A stretch of DNA of 48,901 nucleotides from a virus. A program made the translations under genes and the position numbers. This document shows, one piece after another, positions 21,923-32,600 of this stretch (positions are counted from its first letter, which is position 1; each line of letters starts with the position of its first letter). The stretch is taken from positions 1 to 48,901 of the IMG/VR virus record IMGVR_UViG_3300040801_000836, one strand, 5' to 3'. The notes beneath the pieces were generated by a model. The model was not told the DNA's origin and searched no databases. It saw only the letters and a list, made by a program, of their open reading frames with translations.

Positions 21923-23758
21923 ATGGCGGTATCTCAAACAAAACACAATTTTACAGCGGGTGAAGTTTCCCCGCTTATTTTTGGGCGACAGGACTTCGAT
22001 AGGTTCAAGAACGGATGCCGCAAGATGAAAAACATGGTGTCTTTGATCCAAGGTCCAACCACAAGAAGATCCGGGTTTCAGTATATGGCCTCTCTTTCAG
22101 ATCTTGGACTTGATCCTGCTGATCCGAAAGTGAGGCTTGTTGAGTTCATATTCAATGAGATACAAGCTTATGTGCTTGTGTTCTTCAAACATACGGATGG
22201 AAGTATTAAGATGGTCGTTGCAGTAGATGATGGCCTTTTGGTGTTTCCAGACCCCGCACCTACTGAATGTCCTGCTGGTAGCGCTTGGTCGGTTACCCCC
22301 GGTGATGTGTTTATTCTCGACATGCCTACCGGGTGGGACATAGACAACTTTACATTCGCTCAGTCTGGCGATAATCTCTATTGTGCGCAAAGCACATTGA
22401 ATCCCCACGTAATAACAAGGCATGATTTTTACTGCTGGTCGGTAGATAGCTTGACATTTACTGACCAACCCTCTGATTGGAGTAACACCTATGGCTGGCC
22501 TGAGACTGTAACGTTCTTCCAACAGCGCCTTGTGTTCGGTGGTAACAAGCTACGTCGCCAGACTGTTTGGTGTTCTCGGTCTGGTGACTTCACTCATTTC
22601 GGGGAGCTTGATCCTGCTGCGTTAGTTGATGCTGATGCGGTATCTTTTACCCTTGATTCTGGCACACAGAATAAGATTCTCTGGATGCAGACTGTAAAGC
22701 AACTGCACATTGGTACTGTTGGTAATGAGTGGATAGTAACAGGGAATGGTCAGAACGCCATAACTCCATCTAGTGTTCTTACGCAGAGTCCAACCAACCA
22801 AGGCAGTCAGAAGATCCGGCCTCTTCGTGTTGGTCTTACTACTCTATTTATAGAGCAGCATGGTCGGGTAGTGAACGAATTTTCCTATGACTATAACTAT
22901 GACAGCTACAAGGCTTCTGATATAACGATACTCGCCCCGCACCTTACAGAGTATTATTCAATCGCTCGGTGGTGCTATCAGCAAACCCCTAACTCTATAG
23001 TGTGGTGTGTCCGTACCGATGGCGCACTTCTTGGTCTTACCTATCAGCGTCAGCACAATGTTGTCGCGTGGCATGTACATGATACAGATGGTGAGTTTAT
23101 TGATGTATGCTCTGTTCCCGGCCAGAATCGTGAAGATGATCTTTGGGTCATAGTAAAACGAGTTATTGAGGGTGAGGATAAATACTACCTTGAAAAGAAA
23201 GCTGAAGACTTCAAAGGAACCGAAGCCGTCGAAGGTAGGTTTCTTGATTCTTTTCTACAGTACGAAGGGGGAGAAGCGTTACTTATTGATGGCCTTGAAC
23301 ACCTTGAGGGTAAGGAAGTGTTCATCTTATCAGACGGATCTGTTCACCCCCCGCGCACCGTTGAAGACGGAAAGATTGTGCTACAAGATGTTGCAACTAA
23401 CGTGTTAGTTGGCCTCTATTACTATTCGGAGGTTAACCCGTTATTGACGGATGCTGGTACAGAGAGGACAGGAACTACCATTACCCGAATACAGAGGATA
23501 CTCGCACTTGCTCTTGAGCTTTATAGATCTCTTGGCTTCGAGGTTGGCACATACGATATTGATGGCGAGGAACAAGTCGAAGAGAAATCTTTCCGCGTAC
23601 CTTCAGACCTCACGAATACCGCACTCCCTTTGTTCACAGGGACGTACAAGGTCGATGGGTTCGAAGGAAGCAGTGACCATGCGGAGTATTTTATAAGGCA
23701 AAGGCAACCATTACCATTGACAGTCATTGGTGTGGTTAATAAACTGGAGGTAAAATAA
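21923..23758 (+). CDS. Tail nozzle / tail tubular protein B-like (611 aa)
   Basis: Synteny inference. Contains an in-frame palindrome (TNVLV). Confidence 0.45.
   Translation: MAVSQTKHNFTAGEVSPLIFGRQDFDRFKNGCRKMKNMVSLIQGPTTRRSGFQYMASLSDLGLDPADPKVRLVEFIFNEIQAYVLVFFKHTDGSIKMVVAVDDGLLVFPDPAPTECPAGSAWSVTPGDVFILDMPTGWDIDNFTFAQSGDNLYCAQSTLNPHVITRHDFYCWSVDSLTFTDQPSDWSNTYGWPETVTFFQQRLVFGGNKLRRQTVWCSRSGDFTHFGELDPAALVDADAVSFTLDSGTQNKILWMQTVKQLHIGTVGNEWIVTGNGQNAITPSSVLTQSPTNQGSQKIRPLRVGLTTLFIEQHGRVVNEFSYDYNYDSYKASDITILAPHLTEYYSIARWCYQQTPNSIVWCVRTDGALLGLTYQRQHNVVAWHVHDTDGEFIDVCSVPGQNREDDLWVIVKRVIEGEDKYYLEKKAEDFKGTEAVEGRFLDSFLQYEGGEALLIDGLEHLEGKEVFILSDGSVHPPRTVEDGKIVLQDVATNVLVGLYYYSEVNPLLTDAGTERTGTTITRIQRILALALELYRSLGFEVGTYDIDGEEQVEEKSFRVPSDLTNTALPLFTGTYKVDGFEGSSDHAEYFIRQRQPLPLTVIGVVNKLEVK
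23395..23410. repeat. Palindrome copy, 2-nt spacer (GT), intragenic
   Basis: Read as TNVLV in the 611-aa ORF. Confidence 0.95.
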
Positions 23759-24651
23759 TGGTAGCGCCGTTAATAATTGCAGCGGGGATAGCTGCTGCTA
23801 CTTCTGTAGGGACTGCGGTTTATCAGAACGCGCAGAATAAGAAGGCTGCTAATGCTCAGAAAGACATAATGATGTCTAACGCAGAAAACCAATATGCTGC
23901 GGAGACATTTAATGCGTTAAAGGATAAGTACGTTTCGGAGATGAACATACGTCTTCTTAACGCCAATCTTGATCTTGAGATTGAAACGAACAATGCCAGT
24001 ATTCTTGCCAACGCTTCACTTATCCAACAGACACAAGAGTTCAATGACTTGCTATATGAACAGGGTGTGATAGAAACTTGGACTTCTGCAAATCTTGATC
24101 TTGAATTACTCGGCTACCAAAGAGCGAGGGAAAGAGGGGCGATAATTGCTAACCAAGGAGCTTCAGGTACGGTTATAGGTGAGGGATCTAACCGAGATGT
24201 AGTGGTTGATCAGATGACACAAGAAGCTCTCGACAAGTATATCATTAAAGTAGGAGCGGATCAGAAGGTTAGAGACTTGACCAATGCTCGATTGCAGTCT
24301 AAGTATCAGGCTGACATGGAGATAAAGAAACTCGCTTATGAAGGTAGGATAGAGAATCGAAATGCGATACTCTCTACTAAGTTTGCAGTGGCAGAAGAGA
24401 AGGCAACAGCGGGAATAGACTACGTTACCAACATGGCGCTTGCTACTATGGGGTATACTGCTGATTCAGATTCAGCGGATAACATTTATGATGCTAACAA
24501 TGCTAAGTCTAAGGCTAATCTTACCGCTGGACTTATAGGCGCAGCAGGCACTATGGGTTCTGCATATTTCAATGCTAAAGCTGCTGGAACCGATACAATA
24601 TTAACGAAGCAGTTTGACGCTTCTGCTGACCACAAGGGGCAACCTAAATGA
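23758..24651 (+). CDS. Internal virion/ejection protein candidate with an N-terminal TM helix (297 aa)
   Basis: MVAPLIIAAGIAAATSVGTAVY hydrophobic start. TAATG coupling. Order resembles T7 gp14-16. Confidence 0.45.
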   Translation: MVAPLIIAAGIAAATSVGTAVYQNAQNKKAANAQKDIMMSNAENQYAAETFNALKDKYVSEMNIRLLNANLDLEIETNNASILANASLIQQTQEFNDLLYEQGVIETWTSANLDLELLGYQRARERGAIIANQGASGTVIGEGSNRDVVVDQMTQEALDKYIIKVGADQKVRDLTNARLQSKYQADMEIKKLAYEGRIENRNAILSTKFAVAEEKATAGIDYVTNMALATMGYTADSDSADNIYDANNAKSKANLTAGLIGAAGTMGSAYFNAKAAGTDTILTKQFDASADHKGQPK

Positions 24652-26663
24652 AAACGACACAAGGACAACTCGCTTCAGGCAGCATAGCAACTGGCGACGC
24701 TGGAACTTTTGCACCAAAACAAGTTAGCACCCGAAGCCCCGGTGTTAACCCTGTGCGTATAAGGTCTAATTCTAAATTAAGATCTACTAATGTCGTCCCG
24801 CAGCCTATGAATTGGGAGGCACAAGAACGGGTGGCGGACTCTATCAACAGCGCAACTAACATGTTAGTTAACTCTGCTGTTAATTATCAGGACCGTGTTG
24901 ATCAACTTGAAGCTGACGAAGCCGTACTTGCCTATCGTAAAATGACCCGTGAAGCTTTCTATGGTAGAGAAGACGAAAACGGTAGACTTGTAGATGGGTA
25001 TGCCCTCACGAAGAATAAGCAGGCACTTGATTCTTACAGTTCATACAATGCCACTGTCGATAAATACGCCGAGGAAGTATTGGCTGGTAGATCCGATTCT
25101 GTAAAGGCTAAAATGCTTCTAAGTATAAAGAGGGAGAATGAGGCTGCGCGGGACAGGGGGATTAACCATAACTATAGCCAGTTAAAATCACATGAAGAGA
25201 ATATCAGAAGACAAGGAAACCTTGACCTGTTGGCAGATATTGAGAAGAATGGTACTTCCCCGTGGAGTAACGGTGCGGTACAGGCGCATCTTGCTAAAGT
25301 TAAAGATGTGGGCCAACGACAGGCCGACGAGGAATACCTAGCTAAGAACACGCTCTTTATGACCTACAACGATGCAAGAGAACTTTCCGCTGGTGATGTG
25401 TTCAACCACAACCCCGCTCAGTCTGCTTACGAGCAGGCTAAAAAAGCATTTGAAAAGATTCGTGGTACGTTATCTGAAGAAACAGAGAGCGCCCTACAGA
25501 ACTGGCTACAGGGTAAAGAGGAAGAAGCTAAACGTGACGATGCCGCACAAAGGACAGTCAATGCTAAGCGGGAGCTGAACGAACTAACCCGCATGGCACC
25601 TGACATATTCGCTGACAGTTTCAGGAACGACGGCAATCCAGCTATCCGCAATTCTCTCGTTGCTGACTTGAGGACGAAGATGGCTGCTGTTTCTGGTGCG
25701 CCTGGAAAGATAGTCGGAATGGTCAAGGATGGCATATCTAACTACGCCACTACTAACGGTGGGGTTACCCTAGCTAACAAGAGAGATGCTGCTATCAATG
25801 CGTACAATTCTATCGTGGAAGGTGGGGGAGACTTCACCACTACGGAACTCCTTGAGTTACGAACCTATGTTATGTCGGAGCTGCCAGCTAAGATCGAGAA
25901 GCAGATGGAGCAGGTAGATAACGTTCTTATAACACAGCGAGATAGGTTGATTGCTGAAGCACAGGCTAAAGGAACATTAAAGGATCTGAAGCTTGATGAC
26001 GTACCACCACCGGGGATGACTGAAAGTGGGTTGGAGAAATTCTATAAGCAAAGAACTGTTTTAGATAACGCCCGAAAAGGTACGTTGTCTAGGTGGAGTC
26101 CAGAAGAAGTACAGGGTCGATTAGATGTATACGATGCTAAGCTTATAACAATGACCATGACTGAATCTGACATAGACAACATACGTGAAGCAACCGTTGA
26201 TGGTCTACTCCCACCGGGAACCCTTGCCAAATATGAAGAAAAGTATATGAAGCAAAAGTCCTTGAATGGGAAGAAGATGCCTTGGCAAGCAGACCCACGC
26301 TACCAAGGTGCATTAGCCGGTGTACGAAATTCAAAGCAGCAGTTAACAGGATTACCATTACCGATAAAACCTTCTACCACAAAAGAGAGTAGGTTGCTTG
26401 AGTTTGAGAAAGAGAAGAGTGCTTTTGAAATGGCCGCTGAAAAAGCAATGGCTGATGCCATCATTGACCTTGAGAGCAAGGCTCTTGATGCCTACAAGAA
26501 AGGTGTGGACTTCGATGCAACTAAGTGGTGGGAGGATTACATAACTAATGTTGTTAACAAGGGATCAAAGGTTAAGTCAAGCTTCTGGTCACAGTTAAAA
26601 GGTCAATGGTCTTTCGACATTTTTGGTAATTCTCAAGATCTAAAAAGTGGAGTGATGGAATAA
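24648..26663 (+). CDS. Internal virion/ejection protein candidate (671 aa)
   Basis: Long, helical and charged, and coupled to both neighbours. Contains an in-frame palindrome (TNMLV). Confidence 0.45.
   Translation: MKTTQGQLASGSIATGDAGTFAPKQVSTRSPGVNPVRIRSNSKLRSTNVVPQPMNWEAQERVADSINSATNMLVNSAVNYQDRVDQLEADEAVLAYRKMTREAFYGREDENGRLVDGYALTKNKQALDSYSSYNATVDKYAEEVLAGRSDSVKAKMLLSIKRENEAARDRGINHNYSQLKSHEENIRRQGNLDLLADIEKNGTSPWSNGAVQAHLAKVKDVGQRQADEEYLAKNTLFMTYNDARELSAGDVFNHNPAQSAYEQAKKAFEKIRGTLSEETESALQNWLQGKEEEAKRDDAAQRTVNAKRELNELTRMAPDIFADSFRNDGNPAIRNSLVADLRTKMAAVSGAPGKIVGMVKDGISNYATTNGGVTLANKRDAAINAYNSIVEGGGDFTTTELLELRTYVMSELPAKIEKQMEQVDNVLITQRDRLIAEAQAKGTLKDLKLDDVPPPGMTESGLEKFYKQRTVLDNARKGTLSRWSPEEVQGRLDVYDAKLITMTMTESDIDNIREATVDGLLPPGTLAKYEEKYMKQKSLNGKKMPWQADPRYQGALAGVRNSKQQLTGLPLPIKPSTTKESRLLEFEKEKSAFEMAAEKAMADAIIDLESKALDAYKKGVDFDATKWWEDYITNVVNKGSKVKSSFWSQLKGQWSFDIFGNSQDLKSGVME
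24854..24869. repeat. Palindrome copy, 2-nt spacer (AT), intragenic
   Basis: Read as TNMLV in the 671-aa ORF. Confidence 0.95.
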
Positions 26664-29600
26664 TGGCTAAAGTAACGCAGGAAGAGTACGACAGGTCTTT
26701 GGCCGAGAGTCAACAACTCGTAGCTGACATAGAGAACATGCAAGCCAATAAACCTTGGCAGGCAGGTATAGTGGACGATGACACCGAATATCCTCTCTCG
26801 CAGGCGAACGAGCCACCAAAGGATAACCTACGCAAGAGCCTGTTAGCCCCTCTCACACCGATTGAAGGAGGGGCAACTAACAAGTTAGTTAAGACCCCTC
26901 AAGCTCAGTCGCTACGGAAAGATGCACCCCCCTTCTTCGATGAAGAGGGGCTTTCGCCGTTTAGCACTACGGAGCAGCAGGAGCAGGCACCCGCTACGAC
27001 AAGGCCGGATTTCACCCCAAGGTACGAAGGACCACCAATTGACCCACGCACTAACAGACCTTTCGGTGACGTACCGGAAGAAGAGATTCAGAAGGAGATG
27101 CTTGAAGCACTCTCAGCTAAGTTATCTGTTGGTAACTTCGACATGGACGATAAGTGGGCTAGGGTGTTGGCTAAGTCTGTACCGGAGATAGCACAGCATT
27201 ACCCTAATATCCTTGAGGTAATGAATGTCCATTATCAGTACATCAAAGAAGCTATGGAAGCACACAGGCTGATGTATGAGATAACTGGACCTGATGACGA
27301 GGAAGGTATCAAGAGAGCAGTTGAGGCGAGGGATAAGTCCATGCAGACCCGCCAGCAACTACCACTTGAGTACCCTATGAATGGGATCGTACACGAGACA
27401 TTGAGAGCAATGGCTGAAACAGGTGCGAGCTTCGTAGATATAGCCAAAGATGCTGGTCCCGGTGCTGCCGTTGTTGTTGGGATGGGTGCTGTGGCTGGTG
27501 GCCTTGCGGGTGGTCTTACTGGTGCTCCTGGTCAGGGTGCGCTGTGGGGTGCCAAGACTGCTATGAAGTTTGGTGTGCCAATCAAGATGTTTGAGTCAAT
27601 GCAACGACAGGGTACTGGTGAGTTCCTGCTTGATATGATGGCACCTATTGAGGAAGGACAAGAGCCGATACCTTACGCTATAGCTAGGCCGATAGCTGAG
27701 AAGTACGCCGTTCCCTATGCCATACTCGAAACAACAGGTAAGATTGCTGAAGTTATTGCAGGCTTTGGGTTTACTGCCACGATATCGAAACGTGTTGTAG
27801 CACTCGCGGCTGAAGGTGGGACAGAGTGGGGACAGACCCTTATTCAACAGATAGGACTGTGGGCCGCTCAGAAGGAATTTGCAAGAGTCAAGAACTCTCC
27901 TTTCGATGTGAAGGTAGAGGACATACTTGATTACCATGAGGCTAAGCTTGCTGCGAGACTGGCTATTCTTGGTACGGGTGGTATCAGTATAGCTACTTCA
28001 CCTATCACAATACCGTTTGCCACTAAGCGTATGCTCACTGAGTACAATCGAAGGAAAACGTTTAATGAGATTAGGCGTGACCTCAAGAGATTGGAGGACT
28101 ACAATAAAAAGATCCTTGACGACAACAAAGATAAGCCTATCGACGATGTTACTGACGAGGCAACTAACACGTTAGTTACGGGTGAACCGATAGATCCTGC
28201 GGAGATTGGTGACGTTGCTAATGAGCCTATCCTTGCAGGCACCGACATAACAGATGATAAGATTGATGATCTCGTTGTTACTGATGATGCTGACTTGGAT
28301 GATGCCCTTGATGCCATAGATAGCGGTATTGAAGATTCCTACGATGACGTAACCGCCGCTTTCTTCACTGGTATGCGTGAGCATTTCAAGGATGAAGAAC
28401 ATGTGGGCATGGTCGAGGGGTTGATTACTGCCAGAGCGCAGGCGGAAGGGATGAGCCTTTCTCAGTACATGGAGAAGCGTGGCCTCACCTTTGAGAAAAT
28501 CAATACCGATGCTGATATGGTGGGTGCATACACCTATTTCAGTGAAGAGGGTAACACCATTATTACGGCTTTCAATAACGCTAACATCGTTGACGTTATA
28601 TCGGAGCTTGGTCATGTGTTCAGGATGGACCTTGACGAGAAGCAACAGGCCATAATGGATAAGTTCGTTGGTGTGGATATCGGATCAGAGTGGGACGGTG
28701 CAGCAAACGAGACATTCTCCCAAGGTTGGGAGCAGTACCTAGCCACAGGTGAAGCACCTTCGCATGAGCTTAAAGGTCTATTTCAAAAGCTGAACTCTTG
28801 GATAACCAAGATTTACAAGACTATCCGCAAGATGGATGTTCCTAATTTGGATATCCCGCCCGAGATGATGGAGGTGTATGATAGCTTACTCGTTAAGAAA
28901 ACTGTTGCAGACGGTAACGCCACCAGTGTTAATGATGCGAAAGCAGATAGCAAGCTCAATAAGCCAACTATCGAAGAACCACCAGAAGATATCACGACAA
29001 CAGATGATATCGAAGAACCCCCTGAAATTGGTGAAGATGACATCATCGACGAGACTCCTGAGCCTCCTACTATTGATGAAGAGGACATCGTCGAGACACC
29101 AAAGGAACCTAAGAAAAAGAAGATAGTCAAAAGGTTCAAGATCAACACTCGCGGTATATCGGGATTCGGCTCTACAACACAGAGCGAAGCAGACTACACC
29201 CCAACAGGTATGCGTGGTGAAAGGGACATTTTCGACGATATAACAGGGGATGAAAATAGCGCGGCTGATGTTGCTCAGTGGTACATTGATAATGGCGATC
29301 AAGAGCAGCAGATAATAGCTAACCGCATAATCGGCCTGTTACGAGATATACCTTTCACAGTAGTAGAGCTAAATACGCACTATGACAACAACGTACCAAC
29401 TGACATGGAGAACGCTCTTGGGTTGTATGTCCCTGACGAGCAGACTCAAAGAGCCGCTGTTTTCGTTCGTGGTAAGTCGTGGGGTGATAGAGCAGCAAGC
29501 AACGAGACACCCTTACATGAGTTGGTACACGCTGCTACTTGTATGCGAATCTACGAGGCCCGTGATTTAATTGCACAGGGAGTAGATAACACTCTTACTC

Positions 29601-32600
29601 GCAACTACATTGCCCTTGAAACATTCAGGGATCAGTTGTCTGCACTGGTGAAGTCACAGTATCAAGCAGGCGCACAGACAGGCAATCATACGATAAGTAT
29701 GGATATGCCCATATCTGGCTTTAAGAAGGATACCGAACTCATAGCCTATGGTATGACCAGTAGGAGTTTTCAAGAGTGGTTGGCTACTGTTAACATGCGT
29801 ATGATAGACGCACACGGAATGTCTAAGCCTGTTAGGGCTATAACTAAATTCGTTCGTGTCATTCGTGCTTTACTAGGTATCCCTGCAAGTGAGGAAACCG
29901 CTCTTATTCGCGTAATGCAGTTCGGTGAGATATTCATGCGAACACAGAAAGAGCATACCGCCAAACAAAAGGCCGCTTCTACTGCTAGTGGTATAAAGAA
30001 GACGGATCAAGTAGAGTGGGAAGGAGAGGCAACTAACACGTTAGTTGAAGCTGAGAAAGCGGAGAAGGCACGTAAGGAGCCAACGGCTGATGCACTTGTT
30101 GAACGTATAAAGAAAGAGCGTGAAGCAAGAGAACGCGCAATGGCCGCTTACGATGCAGCTATAGCCAGTAAGATCAAAGCAGGCACGACTGCCAAGGTTG
30201 CCGCTAGGATACAGCAGAAAGCTATGGTCCGGGCAATGAAGGCGTTGTTCGACGCTGGTGACCTACACGGTTACCGAGTTGCTAGGGACCACTTCAAGGC
30301 CATTCTTGCAAGGGAGAGAGCAAAGGCTGCGGCTGTAGCTAAGCACAAAGCCCTTCGTAAGAGTATAATGACGAAGCTCGAAAAGGGTATGCCAAGTAAG
30401 ATACACGGCAAGCTTTACGTGAAGATCAGTCCAGAGATGTCCAAGTTGTTCCGTGACGTACTGAAGGTTCTTCACCCATTGAAAACCAATAAGCAGATAC
30501 GAGAACTTTATGATATCAGAATGGGAGGACAATTCGACGCGTATGCAATGGCTAAAACGGACGCTGATTATATTATTAATACTTTTCTCGATGGGGCTGT
30601 TTCACGTAACGCATCAGGTGTCAGAATTTTGGAGAACCTTAACGAAGCGTTAGCCCTGCTACTCTCCGGTGAATCTCAGCTTTCTCCGATGATGAAGAAG
30701 AAGGCCGAGATAGACAGGATGCGTCCTGAGATAATTAACAGTATTAATGGTGGTAACGTTGTCGATTCACCACTTACGGATACTAAGCTCTTGCACGAAC
30801 AACGTAAGAAGCAGAAGACGCGGCGTGAGTATTGGGCTACGTGGACTGTAGGACACAAGAATGTCTTTGGTCTTACGGGATTGATAAAGCTTGCCACAAG
30901 CTACACCCCCGGTTCTCAGTCTGCACTGTCTAAGATGTGTAACTTCTTCGAAGCGAAACAGCGGAAGATGACTCGTATCCGCGAGGAACAGGCGAAGATA
31001 ATGGAGATGTATATCCGTTCATTTGGTCTGGATAATAAGAAGACTAAGTATGCCCTATTCAAGAAGTGGGCTGAAGACACAAAACCTGTTCACCGTATTG
31101 CTGGTGTTGATATGGGCAAAGCACAAGTGCGTCAGATATGGATGTACATGCAAGACCCAACGCTAACTAACAGGTTAGTTATGCAGTTTATGGACCCTAA
31201 AGATAGGGCTAAAGTAAAGAAAGATCTTACGGATGAAGAGATTGATGAGATAGAAGCCGCCGCCTTAGAGAACTACGATAACATTGTTAACCAAGTTAAC
31301 GAGATTCTGACCGACGAAGACAAGGCTTTTGCTCAATTGCTCATGGGATATTTCAATAGCGATGAGCAGTACGAATATGTTAATCGTGTACATAAGATTG
31401 TTGCAGGACTTGAGCTAGGCAGGATAGAGGGCTACGTTCCTATCCGTGCAGAGAACTACCTCAACATAACTGAGCAGTTGGACAGAGGGCATGAAGCATC
31501 ACAGTTCAAACATGATGACTATATCAGGAAAACCCCTCAATCAGCTAAGAGTATACGTGAACGAGCCAAGAACGCTGACAGGTTCCAGATGCGATTCGAT
31601 GGAGACATAACGCTATTCAATTCTTACACCGAAGAGATGGCACACTATGTGAACTTTGCGGAACAGGCTCAGCTTGTTAAGATTGCGATTGAGGATAAGG
31701 ATATCCGTAGGGCTATTGAAGTAGAATATGGCAGGGACGTGTACAATTCTATAGTTAGCGCCGTTGAAGATGTGCTTGCAGATGGTATACATAACCAGAA
31801 GCAGTACCCTCTAATGGATAAGTTTAGGGCTACATTTGTTCGTTCAACAATTGGAATGGCTACCAGTGTATTCTTAAAACAGCACATTTCTATAGTGCAG
31901 TATGCTCAACATATGCCTGTTTTAGATTTTACAAAGGGCATGGCCGTGTTTTGGAAAAATCCTATTGACAATTTCTCTGAAATGATGGATACTGATTTCA
32001 TCAAAAACAGAAAGAACTCAATGGACAGGGACATGAAACAGACTGCTACCTCTGCTGAGTATAAGCGGTGGCGATTGAATCCAACACTGTCTAATCTTAT
32101 AACTCTTAACGTCACTCTTGGCGATTCAAGTGCCATCATCCAAGGTGCATGGGTATACAAAGAGTATCTGAAGACACAAACCAACCCTGCAACGGGGAAG
32201 AAGTATACCAACAAGGAAGCACTGGCCGAAGCTTTCAATAAGTCTAATGCTACACAACAGTCCGGTGACATGCAGGAGTTGTCATGGACTCAGCGCGGTG
32301 GCTCTGCAATGCAGTTAATGACCATGTACTCCACTGGTCCTATACAGGCGCTACGGCAGGAGATCGAAGCAGTGAGAGACTACGCGGCGGGCAATATAAG
32401 CAAGGCGCAGTTGCTCAAGACCCTTGCTATCTACCACGTAATCGTACCTTCAATGTTCGCTATGGTGTCTGGACTTATGACCGGAAGGGAAGAGGATGAT
32501 TGGTTGAAGGCTCAGCTATTAGCGGCGGCACTTGGTCCTTTCAGCGCAATCTACGGAGTTGGTGAAGTTATCAGTAATGTCACAAGTGGGCTGCTTGGGA

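Noticed and set aside
694-31180. T-N-x-L-V as a conserved functional peptide motif shared by seven proteins
   Set aside because: The peptide is forced. It is the only stop-free frame of the 16-nt palindrome on either strand, so its recurrence is a consequence of the DNA element and not independent evidence for a protein motif.
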